The notes beneath the pieces were generated by a model. It was not told where the DNA came from. It saw only the letters and a program-made list of their open reading frames with translations, and did not search any database. A DNA stretch of 64,000 nt, from assembly GCA_964397485.1 (NCBI GenBank), contig CAYNHT010000002.1, forward strand, positions 73,743-137,742. The letters are read 5' to 3'. Position 1 is the stretch's first letter, and each line of letters opens with the position of its first letter. The stretch comes from an uncultured Muribaculaceae bacterium. Lineage in GTDB: Bacteria; Bacillota_I; Bacilli_A; RF39; UBA660. Position numbers and translations under genes: made by a program. Shown piece after piece: positions 20,108 to 30,014 of this stretch.

Positions 20108-20632
20108 CTATAAATATTTTTGAATTAATTCTTTTATAAATGATTTATATTCGACTTCATCAGATTCTTCTGCTTCCAATAAACACAATGGTGGGAATAA
20201 TACACACCACCAATTGTCACCCTTTCCTTCCCCTAAGGTCACCAATACTGATTCGTAATACCCTTCTTCATAAACAACACCTTTGTATTCTTTTGCCGGA
20301 AAATAATTATATGAAAAATTTAATTTATACCCTAAATTATAATTTTCTTCTTTTAATAAAGTATCAATTTGCTGATCAATATTAGAAATATTGTTATTTA
20401 TAACGTTTCTTGCTTCACTAATCCCTTTTGTATCTTTTAGCAACAAATACATGCTGGTTTGAAGTTCATTTTTAACTTTATTTTTTATTTGTTGGTCATA
20501 TAATGAATTACTGTTAGGAACAACTCGCATTCTAATTGCTGAATCAGGTATTATCTTTTTCACAGCTAATACATCACTTAATATCACAAAAACAATTAAG
20601 AAAAAAATGGTAAAATATATACTCTTTTTCAT
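20108..20632 (-). CDS. spoIIR: stage II sporulation protein R
   Basis: IRMRVVPNSNS..DQ.IK, FPAKEY, GEGKGDNWWCVLFPPLC. Confidence 0.95.
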   Translation of the reverse strand: MKKSIYFTIFFLIVFVILSDVLAVKKIIPDSAIRMRVVPNSNSLYDQQIKNKVKNELQTSMYLLLKDTKGISEARNVINNNISNIDQQIDTLLKEENYNLGYKLNFSYNYFPAKEYKGVVYEEGYYESVLVTLGEGKGDNWWCVLFPPLCLLEAEESDEVEYKSFIKELIQKYL

Positions 20633-20654
20633 AAAAATATCGTCCTCCTATTAA

Positions 20655-20684
20655 ATAGTGAACGATATTAGTTTGTTTTATACA
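20655..20684 (-). promoter_or_regulatory. sigmaF promoter of spoIIR
   Basis: GTATA-N15-GTTCACTAT. Confidence 0.7.
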
Positions 20685-21140
20685 TTATTTATGATAAGAT
20701 TCATTTTTTAATATTTTATACGCTCTATAGATTTGCTCAAGCAATATAACCCTAAATAGTTGATGAGGAAATGTCATTTTGGAAAAAGATAATCTATAAT
20801 TGCTTTTTTCCTTAATTTCTTGATCTATTCCGTGTGATCCTCCTATAATAAAACAAATATTTGGATTACTAATAAGGATTTTATCTAATTTTTCAGAAAA
20901 TTCAGTCGAGGTTAATTGGTCTGCTGTTATGTCCATCGTTATTATAAAGTCCTTTTCAGATATATGTTTCGTTATTTCTTCTTTTTCTTTTAAAAGGGAT
21001 ATTGATGGATTATTAACATCTACATCATTAACTTCTATTATTTCTATTTTTGTATATCTTGACAATCGTTTTGTATACTCAAAAATTGCTTCTTTTAAAT
21101 ACTTTTCTTTTATTTTACCAACACATATCAATTTAATCAT
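20685..21140 (-). CDS. rlmH: 23S rRNA pseudouridine-1915 N3-methyltransferase
   Basis: VGKIKEKY, FIIGGSHG, SKMTFPHQLFRVILLEQIYRA, YHK end. Confidence 0.95.
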   Translation of the reverse strand: MIKLICVGKIKEKYLKEAIFEYTKRLSRYTKIEIIEVNDVDVNNPSISLLKEKEEITKHISEKDFIITMDITADQLTSTEFSEKLDKILISNPNICFIIGGSHGIDQEIKEKSNYRLSFSKMTFPHQLFRVILLEQIYRAYKILKNESYHK

Positions 21141-21901
21141 ATTTCAATCAACTCAGTTCTCTCGTTTTGATCTGCCACTACAATTTTGTCTACTTTTTTA
21201 TTTATCTTTTTTAAACTTTCCTCAAGAACTGCCCTCGCAATATCAGACGAGTTATTATCCTCACTAAGATGTGCCAGTACAATACAAGAGGTATTAGCAC
21301 CAATAAATTTAGATAAATAATATGCCGAATCCTTGTTTGACAAATGTCCTTTATCTCCTAAAATACGATGTTTTAAATAATGTGGTCTATTTCCATTCAT
21401 AAGTAATTCTATATCATGATTACTTTCCATAACATATAACGTTTTATTCTTTAATTTTTCATGATTTTTAATATTTATATATCCTGTATCAGTTATATAA
21501 GCGATTGTTTTGTTGTTGCAATCAAATATATATCCATTTGAATCATTTGTATCATGTGAGGTTTTTATGACTGTAATATCTATATCGTTAATGACTAAAT
21601 CATTTTTTATATACTCATAGTTTTTCAATATATGGGTTTTTTTTATTTCTTCATTCATTTTCTCGGATAAATATATTTTAGGATTATACTTTTTACAAAA
21701 AATCTTTAATCCACTTATATGATCCATATGAGTATGGGTAATAAATACACTATCTATTTCTTTGGGATTTACCCCTATCTCTAGCAATTTTTTTTCAACA
21801 GCTAACGAACTAATTCCTATGTCAATCAAAATTTTATTAGTACTAGTTTCTAAATAGGTGCAATTACCTTTACTACCGCTTGCTAAAACACATATTTTCA
21901 T
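21137..21901 (-). CDS. walJ: MBL-fold metallohydrolase WalJ/YycJ
   Basis: LASGSKGN, THTHMDH, TDTGY, ESNHD, GHLSN, AHLSEDNN; upstream of rlmH. Confidence 0.87.
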   Translation of the reverse strand: MKICVLASGSKGNCTYLETSTNKILIDIGISSLAVEKKLLEIGVNPKEIDSVFITHTHMDHISGLKIFCKKYNPKIYLSEKMNEEIKKTHILKNYEYIKNDLVINDIDITVIKTSHDTNDSNGYIFDCNNKTIAYITDTGYINIKNHEKLKNKTLYVMESNHDIELLMNGNRPHYLKHRILGDKGHLSNKDSAYYLSKFIGANTSCIVLAHLSEDNNSSDIARAVLEESLKKINKKVDKIVVADQNERTELIEI

Positions 21902-23355
21902 TAATGTTTATTAAATGGATTTATCCTATATCCACCGCTCCATGGTTTTCCTACCCACATTTCGTAATGTAAATGTGGTCCTGTTGAGTCACCAGTACTC
22001 CCCATATATCCTATTATTGTACCACGGGCTACTATTTGATCAATTTTTTTAGTTACTAATTTTGACATATGCGCGTATAAAGTATAATAACCATTATTGT
22101 GATTTATTATTATGTAATAACCATAACTATAATGCCATCCAGCTTCTTCAATCGTTCCATGATTAGACGCATATATAGGTGAACCATATCCTGGTCCGGC
22201 TATATCAATTGCAGCGTGCAGTTCTCGCTTATAAGTTAATGGATGAATTCTATATCCATAATAAGAAGTTATTGTCCAACCACTCGCTGTTGGCCATGAC
22301 CATACATTTAAACTACCAACACTTGGTGCATATTTATCACCACGTACAACTATTTGGTTTATTGTCGGCTTCAATTCTTCTTTGCTAACTGGGTCTATAT
22401 ATACAATAGTACCATTAACAACTTTTATTCTTTGAGCTATTCTTTCTAAACCATCTTCACCTTGTTGAGTAATTTCATCATCACCTTTTAGTCGATTAGG
22501 ATCATATCTTTCTTCGATTTTATACTTACTTACAACATCTTGAACCGCATATTCTTCAACTACTATACTAACTTGCGGATCAGTTATTCCTATTACTACT
22601 TCCTGTCCTGGAAATAGTAAATTACTTTTATTAGTAAACTGGGGATTAGAAATCAAAAATTCTTCAACACTTATTTGATTATTAAAAGCTACTGCATCTA
22701 TTGTATCCCCAATATTTACTGTGTATGTCTTTTGATTATCTGTCGTTCCAAAAACAAGAAATTTTGTTAACTCATTGGAATCTGTATATATTTTTTCATT
22801 TACCGGTATATTTATTTCTTTTATTGTCTTGTTATCTTCTACATAAACATTTTCAATTATTGTTCCTGTTCCTTGAATAGAACCTTGACTATTGTTACTA
22901 TAAAGATTATAGACTTGCTCTCCAACGAAAGTCTTTATTGTATTTTCTAAAGCTTCTTTAAAAATTACTTCTTTAGTAGCATATACTTTACTGGTTTTAA
23001 CGTCATTTTTAATTGTAAGTTGATATCCTCTTATTGTAAAAGGCTGTTCCTTTTCAATCATTTCATATATTTCTCGAACTGTATTTAACCGATCATGGTA
23101 CGTTACAATCCTTTTTACTTCCAGCCCATTTGGAGCATAAATTCTATCAACATCATATTTCCTCTTTATGTTTTCGCCACGTTTATTTATATAGTCTTCT
23201 AATTCTTTCTTGGACTTAATTACTCCTAAAACTTTATCATCAAGATATACCTGATAATAATTATTCGGATGAGTCTCTTTTTTGTAATTAAAACCTAACA
23301 AGAATATACAGACACTTAATATAATAATAATAATTATCCAGGTTACCCTTTTCAT
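21901..23355 (-). CDS. membrane-anchored LysM-G5-M23 peptidoglycan endopeptidase
   Basis: TM anchor; LysM YTVNIGDTI; G5-like QQGEDG; M23 HAAIDIA, YAHM, STGPHLHYE. Confidence 0.9.
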   Translation of the reverse strand: MKRVTWIIIIIILSVCIFLLGFNYKKETHPNNYYQVYLDDKVLGVIKSKKELEDYINKRGENIKRKYDVDRIYAPNGLEVKRIVTYHDRLNTVREIYEMIEKEQPFTIRGYQLTIKNDVKTSKVYATKEVIFKEALENTIKTFVGEQVYNLYSNNSQGSIQGTGTIIENVYVEDNKTIKEINIPVNEKIYTDSNELTKFLVFGTTDNQKTYTVNIGDTIDAVAFNNQISVEEFLISNPQFTNKSNLLFPGQEVVIGITDPQVSIVVEEYAVQDVVSKYKIEERYDPNRLKGDDEITQQGEDGLERIAQRIKVVNGTIVYIDPVSKEELKPTINQIVVRGDKYAPSVGSLNVWSWPTASGWTITSYYGYRIHPLTYKRELHAAIDIAGPGYGSPIYASNHGTIEEAGWHYSYGYYIIINHNNGYYTLYAHMSKLVTKKIDQIVARGTIIGYMGSTGDSTGPHLHYEMWVGKPWSGGYRINPFNKH

Positions 23356-23363
23356 TTAATCAC

Positions 23364-24707
23364 CTAATTTTCTTCTTTATTTACAAAATTAACAAAAGTA
23401 CTAGTATTTCTTTTAAATATTAAATCTACCGTTGTAGTTGGACCATTACGGTGTTTTCCAATAATAAACTCACTCTTACTAGTATAATTATCTATTTCAC
23501 TTTCTTTATTGTAATAGTCATCTCTATATAGAAATGCAACTATATCAGCATCTTGTTCAATCGATCCAGATTCTCTTAAATCACTTAATAAAGGCCTTTT
23601 ATCTTCTCTTCCCTCAACAGAACGAGATAATTGGGCTAAAGCAATAACTGGTATTTCAAGTTCCATTGCTAGTGTTTTTAATGATCTAGATATTTCTGAT
23701 ACTTCTTGTTGGCGGTTACCAGCATATCTAGCTGATCCGCTTATTAATTGTAGATAATCTATAATAACTACACCTAATCCGTCTTCTGAACTAGCAAGCC
23801 TACGACATTTTGCTCTGATTTCTCCGATTGTCATTCCAGGAGTATCATCTATAAACATTTTTGTGTCTGCTAATCTACTTATTGCTTCATTGATTCTTTT
23901 CCAATCATTATGTTCTAATCTACCTGTTGTTAATTTATAACCTTCAATTTGACCAACTGATGAAAGCATCCTCATTGCCAATTGCTCTGCCCCCATCTCC
24001 ATATTAAATAAGGCAACTCCTTTTTTTGAGTTCATTGCCATATTGGTTGCTAGATTTAAAGCAAATGCAGTTTTTCCCATCGCAGGACGAGCGGCTATTA
24101 TTATTAGTTGGTTTGGATGCAATCCTGATGTTATTTTATCTAAATCATGAAATCCTGTTGATAACCCTGTTATCTCCCCTTTTGTTTGGGCTAGTTTTTC
24201 AAGATCTAATTGTGTTTTAAACAGTACATCTTGAATTGTTCTGAACTCTGTTCCTTTACGTGTTTTTACTACACTAAGTATTTTTTTCTCTGCATTATCA
24301 AGAATTTCACTAATAGCATCTGAAGAAGAATAACCATCAGTAACTATATTCGTTGCTTCTTCAATAAGCCTTCTTAAGATTGCTTTTTCTTCAACAATTT
24401 TTATGTATTCTTCAATATTAGCAGCACTAGGCACAACATTTATAATTTCACTTATATATTCAACATCGCCAACTTGTTTCAACCATTTGCGTTTATCTAG
24501 TTCTGCCGTAACAGTTGTTATATCTATCGGAGTCGCTTTTTCAGCCAAATCACTTACAACACTAAATATTTTGGTGTGCGAATCTAAATAAAACCATTCT
24601 TTATTCAAACTCTCGATTCCCTTTTGTAAAGCATATTTACTTAGAAACATTGCCCCCAAAACTGATTGTTCAGCATCAATATTATGCGGCATAACTCGTT
24701 CTGCCAT
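23364..24707 (-). CDS. dnaB: replicative DNA helicase
   Basis: PHNIDAEQSVLG, ARPAMGKT, IDYLQL, DLRESGSIEQDAD, KHRNGPT. Confidence 0.97.
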   Translation of the reverse strand: MAERVMPHNIDAEQSVLGAMFLSKYALQKGIESLNKEWFYLDSHTKIFSVVSDLAEKATPIDITTVTAELDKRKWLKQVGDVEYISEIINVVPSAANIEEYIKIVEEKAILRRLIEEATNIVTDGYSSSDAISEILDNAEKKILSVVKTRKGTEFRTIQDVLFKTQLDLEKLAQTKGEITGLSTGFHDLDKITSGLHPNQLIIIAARPAMGKTAFALNLATNMAMNSKKGVALFNMEMGAEQLAMRMLSSVGQIEGYKLTTGRLEHNDWKRINEAISRLADTKMFIDDTPGMTIGEIRAKCRRLASSEDGLGVVIIDYLQLISGSARYAGNRQQEVSEISRSLKTLAMELEIPVIALAQLSRSVEGREDKRPLLSDLRESGSIEQDADIVAFLYRDDYYNKESEIDNYTSKSEFIIGKHRNGPTTTVDLIFKRNTSTFVNFVNKEEN

Positions 24708-24715
24708 AATACCAC

Positions 24716-25162
24716 CTATCTTTCTTCAACTAACTCAACTTTTAAATTAACTTTAACTTTCTTATGTAATTCTATTTCAACATTGTGAAAGCCTAATGTT
24801 GTTAAAGGCTCATTTAATTTAATTTTCTTTTTATCAATATCATAATTTTTTTCTTGCAATTCTTTTGTTATTTGTTTAGGACTTACACTTCCAAATACGC
24901 GACCCATTTCACCAGTCTTCACTTTAAATTGCAATGTTATTTTTTCAAGTTGATCTTTAATTATTAAACAATCATTAATTAATTTTTCTTCTTGTTCTTT
25001 TTTTTGTTTGTTTTCTTCTTCCAATCTTTTAATACCAGTCGAAGTTGCTGAAACTGCATATCCATTTTTTATCAAAAAATTCATGCCATATCCATCTTTT
25101 ACTTCTTTTATTTCCCCTTTTTTTCCTTGTCCTTTTAAATCCTTAATAAAGATTACTTTCAC
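24716..25162 (-). CDS. rplI: 50S ribosomal protein L9
   Basis: [32 protein letters not shown]. Confidence 0.96.
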   Translation of the reverse strand: MKVIFIKDLKGQGKKGEIKEVKDGYGMNFLIKNGYAVSATSTGIKRLEEENKQKKEQEEKLINDCLIIKDQLEKITLQFKVKTGEMGRVFGSVSPKQITKELQEKNYDIDKKKIKLNEPLTTLGFHNVEIELHKKVKVNLKVELVEER

Positions 25163-25171
25163 TATATCACC

Positions 25172-26140
25172 TCAATTTATTATTTTTAAAAGTCTTTTTT
25201 TAACTTCGTTTATTGAAACATCATTAATTTGTACAGCTGCATTAGTCATATGCCCACCGCCACCTAATTTTTTACATATTTTAAACACATCGACATTTCC
25301 TAATGATCTAGCACTAACTCCAACTACATTTTTTGATATTTTACCAATAACAAACGATGACTCTACATCCTCAAATTGCAGTAAATTTTCAGCAATGGTT
25401 GCTAAATCCTTCTTTTCAACAATTTTATCGTCAAGTGTACATAATATTGTTTCTTTGTTTACCATATAGCTTTTCTTAACAAATTTAAGACGTCTTAAAT
25501 AATCATCTTTGTTTTCCTTAAGCATATCTTGTTTTGTTACGTTGTTTGCCCCTAGTGAAGTAAGAAAAGCTGCTGCCTCATATGTTGTTTCTGTGGTTTT
25601 AACTTTAAAACTATTAGTATCTATCTCTATTCCGGCTAACATTATAGTTGCAATCGAAGGATGAACAACCTTATTTAGGTATTTCAAATAATTAACCATT
25701 ATTTCGTTAGTACTTGATAAATTAGAATTAATGTATGTTAATCTAGTCGGAATTATATAATCATTATTAACAATATGATGGTCGATAATTACTATATTAC
25801 TAGTTAACTGCAGAGCGACTTTATCCTCTAATAACTCTTTTTTATAAGTATCTAATATTATTAATAGAGTTTCTTTATTTACCGTTTCTTTTATACAAGA
25901 TTTGCCTAGAAAATCCACTAAAATATTTTCTTTTTTTAGTGTTTCAATTGCTCTAATTATAGGTTTATTTAATTGTCTTTTATTAAGACATATATAACAT
26001 TCTTTATTGAATGACTTTATTATTGTATACAAACACAAGGCCGAACCAAATCCGTCTAAATCTATATTTTTATGAGTCATTATTACTATTCTTTCATGCT
26101 CCTTGATTAAACTTGTTAAACTTCTAAAAGTTTCTTGCAT
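25172..26140 (-). CDS. DHH/DHHA1 phosphoesterase; catalytic half of GdpP only
   Basis: H...DLDGFGS, IIDHH, SARS.G, GGGGH.TNAA; immediately upstream of rplI-dnaB. Confidence 0.85.
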   Translation of the reverse strand: MQETFRSLTSLIKEHERIVIMTHKNIDLDGFGSALCLYTIIKSFNKECYICLNKRQLNKPIIRAIETLKKENILVDFLGKSCIKETVNKETLLIILDTYKKELLEDKVALQLTSNIVIIDHHIVNNDYIIPTRLTYINSNLSSTNEIMVNYLKYLNKVVHPSIATIMLAGIEIDTNSFKVKTTETTYEAAAFLTSLGANNVTKQDMLKENKDDYLRRLKFVKKSYMVNKETILCTLDDKIVEKKDLATIAENLLQFEDVESSFVIGKISKNVVGVSARSLGNVDVFKICKKLGGGGHMTNAAVQINDVSINEVKKRLLKIIN

Positions 26141-26217
26141 TCTATCACCTCATGATATAAATATTATACTATAATTTAGACCAATTGTCTTTATAAAACA
26201 AAAAAGAAAACAATAAA

Positions 26218-27153
26218 TTATTGTTTTTTCTCGCTTTCTTTTATTTTTTGTGCTAAAAGTTTTATTTTATTAAATCGATGATGTAATCCTGATTTAGTAA
26301 TAATATTACCTGTTTCTATACTTATTATTTCACTTAATTCGGCTAAAGATGCCTCAGGATACTTGACTCTATATATAGCAACATCACGGATTTTTGGATC
26401 AAGCAAATCTAAACCACCAATACTTTTTATCAATTCTATTTCACGAATTTGTTCATTTGCCGTCATTATTATTTTATCAACATTTGCTTGCTCACAATTA
26501 TTAAGTCTATTAGTCATGTTTTTGTGATCTCTATATATTCTTATGTCTTCGTAATATAAAACAGCATTACTGGCATTTATTATTCTTAAAAAATCACTTA
26601 TCTTCTCCGCTTCTTTTATATATATCATATACTTGTTTTCTCTTTTTAAGCATTTGCCATTAAGATTGTATGTATTCAAAAGACTACTTATAAACTCAGC
26701 ATATTTATCGCTATCAACAAGAAATTCCAAATGATATCTAGATTTTTTAGGATCATTAATACTACCTACTGCCATAAATAACCCTCTTAAATATGCACGG
26801 GTTAAATCTTCGTCATCTACAATATATTTTTTAGGAATTAATAAATATTTACTATCCTCAAAAATACTTAAATCACTTAATATTTTATTTATATTATGAT
26901 CTATCTGTAATATATATAAATAGCTTTTATTAAAATTATAACCTCTTCTTACAACTATTTTTGCGTTTATACCATATAAATCTTTCACTAAATTGAATAT
27001 TCTTCTAGCAACACTTGCATTTTCAGTAGTAATTTTTATTTCTTTATCTACACTTGAAATGTTTCTGAAAATAGCTGATAATTCAGCTATTTTCTCCATG
27101 TTTAATGTTTCTATTTTACTAACTTCACTTTTCACAATACTAGTGAACGACAT
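26218..27153 (-). CDS. whiA: DNA-binding protein WhiA
   Basis: MSFT..VK.E, YLRGLF..GSINDP..YHLE, NRLNNCE.AN, TKSGLHHR. Confidence 0.94.
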   Translation of the reverse strand: MSFTSIVKSEVSKIETLNMEKIAELSAIFRNISSVDKEIKITTENASVARRIFNLVKDLYGINAKIVVRRGYNFNKSYLYILQIDHNINKILSDLSIFEDSKYLLIPKKYIVDDEDLTRAYLRGLFMAVGSINDPKKSRYHLEFLVDSDKYAEFISSLLNTYNLNGKCLKRENKYMIYIKEAEKISDFLRIINASNAVLYYEDIRIYRDHKNMTNRLNNCEQANVDKIIMTANEQIREIELIKSIGGLDLLDPKIRDVAIYRVKYPEASLAELSEIISIETGNIITKSGLHHRFNKIKLLAQKIKESEKKQ

Positions 27154-27164
27154 AAAACCACCAC

Positions 27165-28112
27165 CTAAATTAAATATGAAAAAATATGGGAAGCCAATTT
27201 TATAACATTATGTCTGATCATTTCATCTTCTATAATAACAAAATCTCCCTCAATTATATCAATATTCATATTTCTTATGTTTTCTTTATCAAAAACAACT
27301 GGATCTTTTTGCTCCAATGTTTCATATTTTATTTTTAATTCATCACTTATTTTTCCATTATTTACAACTACTACATCAATTTTACGTGTGCCTAAGTATT
27401 TGTTTAATAATTTAATATGGTGACTAGCACTAAAATTATCTGTTTCACCTGGTTGTGTCATCATGTTACACACATACATTATTTTAGCACTACTTTTTTC
27501 TAATTCATATTTTATTTCTTCACATATTAAGTTGGGAATAATACTAGTAAAGACACTTCCCATACTTAATATAATTAAATCAGCATTACGAATTGCATCT
27601 ATTGCCTCAGGTGTAACAACAGGCTTTTCTTTATAAAAAACATCTACTATACCCTTTGTATATTCCGTTATTCTATGTTCTCCTTCGACAATTGTTCCAT
27701 CTTCCATTTTCCCAATCAAAGTTACATTATCTTCTTCTGTTAATGGAATAACTCTTCCTTTTAAATTTAATACTTTACCTATTGCTTCAATTCCGTTCGA
27801 CATATTTCCACTTATATTGGCTGCGGCAGTTAAGAGTAAATTTCCAACTGTATGTCCGTTTAAATCACTTGTTGTATTAAATCTATAGTTAAGTAATTTT
27901 TCGACTAAAGGTTCTGTTTCGGATAAAGATACTAATACTCGTCTGATGTCGCCTACGGCAGGAGTTTTAAATTCCTCTCTTAAACGACCGGTACTTTTTC
28001 CATCATCACATACTGAAACCACAGCTGATATATCAAGGGGAAATTTTTTTAATCCTCTTAATAATGTAGATAGTCCGGTTCCTCCACCGAAAATAACAAC
28101 TTTTTTATTCAA
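27165..28112 (-). CDS. yvcK: UDP-GlcNAc-binding gluconeogenesis factor YvcK/GlmR
   Basis: GGGTGLSTLLRGLK, DDGKSTG.LR, GHTVGNL, NMMTQPGET; probable TTG start. Confidence 0.92.
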   Translation of the reverse strand: MNKKVVIFGGGTGLSTLLRGLKKFPLDISAVVSVCDDGKSTGRLREEFKTPAVGDIRRVLVSLSETEPLVEKLLNYRFNTTSDLNGHTVGNLLLTAAANISGNMSNGIEAIGKVLNLKGRVIPLTEEDNVTLIGKMEDGTIVEGEHRITEYTKGIVDVFYKEKPVVTPEAIDAIRNADLIILSMGSVFTSIIPNLICEEIKYELEKSSAKIMYVCNMMTQPGETDNFSASHHIKLLNKYLGTRKIDVVVVNNGKISDELKIKYETLEQKDPVVFDKENIRNMNIDIIEGDFVIIEDEMIRHNVIKLASHIFSYLI

Positions 28113-28325
28113 ATTTATCACCATTACTATTATACTATATTTAATATACTAATAAAACTATTATTTATTTTAAATTTAAATAACTCCTCTAAAAATCCTC
28201 ACAATTATATGTTTTTATATAATTATACCGCATTTACACTGTTTTTTTAGATTTTTGGAAACTAAATAGTTCCAATCGACAAAATTTGCGTTATATATTT
28301 AATACAATGGAAACAGGGTGATATT

Positions 28326-28541
28326 ATGTTATACAAAAGACTTCGTGATTTACGTGAAGATAATGATTTTACTCAACAATATGTTGCTAATTATTTAAAA
28401 ATAAATAGAGTAGTATATTCAAGATATGAACTTGGTAATAGAGAAATACCAGTTTCTTATTTAATTGAGCTATCAAAATTATATGATGCTTCAATCGACT
28501 ATATCGTCGGAATTACAAATAAAAAAGATATCATTCGCTGA
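28326..28541 (+). CDS. small XRE-family HTH regulator
   Basis: RLRDLREDNDFTQQYVA..L......YSRYELG.REIP..SIDYIVG; GGGTGA RBS. Confidence 0.9.
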   Translation: MLYKRLRDLREDNDFTQQYVANYLKINRVVYSRYELGNREIPVSYLIELSKLYDASIDYIVGITNKKDIIR

Positions 28542-28552
28542 TATCTTTTTTT
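28521..28552. terminator. bidirectional terminator between XRE gene and lgt
   Basis: AAAAAAGATATCA-ttcgc-TGATATCTTTTTT. Confidence 0.7.
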
Positions 28553-28679
28553 TGCATTCGCAGTCGTGTTATATGTACGCGATATTGCTTATAGATTATA
28601 AAAATTTTTTATTATTCTGCGTAATAATTCCGTTTAAGTTATTATCTATCCTGCGACACTATTAACTATTATTGCATAA

Positions 28680-29495
28680 TCAGAATACAACGTCATCAGT
28701 ATTTTCCGTATCATTATATTGATTATTAAATCTAGAACCCCTATTACGAATAAAAAATAGAAGAAGTCCTGAAACAAACATAACGATTGAAACTGCCTGT
28801 GCCATTTTTATTGTATCTATCATAAGACTATCTTGTCTTAACCCTTCTATAAAAAATCTGCCTACCGAATACCACATTAAGTAAAACGCCGTTGGTTGAC
28901 CTATTTTTATATACTTATATCTTCTTATAAAGAGGATCAAAATAAAACCTAATAAACACCAAAGAGATTCATATAAAAATGTTGGATGGTGATAAACCCC
29001 ATTAATTTTCATACCTTCAATTATAAATTCTGGAATAAATAAATTTTTTAGATTTTCTATTGTTGTAACAGGACCAAATGCTTCTCCATTATAAAAATTT
29101 CCCCATCGTCCTATTGCCTGCCCTATAAGTAATCCAACTGCCATTATATCCATTAATCTTAATGTATTAACGGCGTATTTTTTACTATAATATATAGCCC
29201 ATATAATTCCAATAATAATTGCTCCATGAATGGCTAAGCCACCTTCCCAAACCTTTATTATATCTATTAAATTAACACTATAATAATCCCAGTTAAAGGT
29301 AACAAAATAAAGTCTAGCACCTATTATTGCTAATGGAATTAAGAAGAAAAATAAATTTATCATAAACTCTTCTGGAATTTTCCATTTTTTTGCTTCTCTA
29401 AGTGCTAAACCACTGCCTATAAAGATAGCAATAAACATTATAACTGAGTACCAATATATTTTTATTACTCCTAAATCAAGAAATATTGAACCCAT
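28680..29495 (-). CDS. lgt: prolipoprotein diacylglyceryl transferase
   Basis: GARLY, WEGGLAIHG, GQAIGRWGNF.N.E, HPTFLYES, GRFFIE.LR. Confidence 0.96.
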   Translation of the reverse strand: MGSIFLDLGVIKIYWYSVIMFIAIFIGSGLALREAKKWKIPEEFMINLFFFLIPLAIIGARLYFVTFNWDYYSVNLIDIIKVWEGGLAIHGAIIIGIIWAIYYSKKYAVNTLRLMDIMAVGLLIGQAIGRWGNFYNGEAFGPVTTIENLKNLFIPEFIIEGMKINGVYHHPTFLYESLWCLLGFILILFIRRYKYIKIGQPTAFYLMWYSVGRFFIEGLRQDSLMIDTIKMAQAVSIVMFVSGLLLFFIRNRGSRFNNQYNDTENTDDVVF

Positions 29496-29496
29496 T

Positions 29497-29922
29497 TTAC
29501 CATCCCCTTCTTAAAATTGGTTTAATAATTAAGCTTTCCATTATTATATTCATGAACGATATAAAAACTGCAACAACAAATCCCATTATCAATCCTTGAA
29601 TATTAAAATGTTTACCTAAAATAAAATCAACAAGATTTAAAATAAAAACATTTATAAATGGGTAAAAAAGACCCAATGTCAATCCTGTGATAGGTAATGT
29701 AAGCCATACTATAATTGGTTTTATTGTTTTGTTCAAAATGTAAATTATAACTGCCGCTATAAGTCCCCATAAACCAAAGTATCCATTATCTATATAAATT
29801 GTTTTTTCAAATATTACCGATACACTTATTAAAACAAGAGCATATCCCACCATGTGTATTAACCAATCTAACCATCTATTAAATCTTTTTGTTTTATTTT
29901 CATCTATTATGATTACTTTCAT
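29497..29922 (-). CDS. YvlD-like 4-TM membrane protein (annotated as phage holin family)
   Basis: LN.TIKPII..LTLPIT.LTLGLF..IN motif; upstream of lgt as in Bacillus. Confidence 0.85.
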   Translation of the reverse strand: MKVIIIDENKTKRFNRWLDWLIHMVGYALVLISVSVIFEKTIYIDNGYFGLWGLIAAVIIYILNKTIKPIIVWLTLPITGLTLGLFYPFINVFILNLVDFILGKHFNIQGLIMGFVVAVFISFMNIIMESLIIKPILRRGW

Positions 29923-30014
29923 TATAATCAACTCCTTTTACCATTATATCATAGAAAAATATTTTCGAAAATTTTTTTAAACACAAAAGAAATTACTTTT
30001 ACATCATTATTTTT

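Noticed and set aside
20685-20702. rlmH 3' end as an SCC-like integration site
   Set aside because: Site resembles the att motif but is empty; spoIIR follows within 52 bp and there is no recombinase
28465-28665. 66-aa plus-strand ORF as a toxin partner of the XRE protein
   Set aside because: Starts out of frame inside the XRE gene, crosses a strong terminator, and has no RBS or motif
29497-29922. Holin suggesting a prophage
   Set aside because: YvlD-type housekeeping membrane protein in its usual position before lgt; no phage genes nearby
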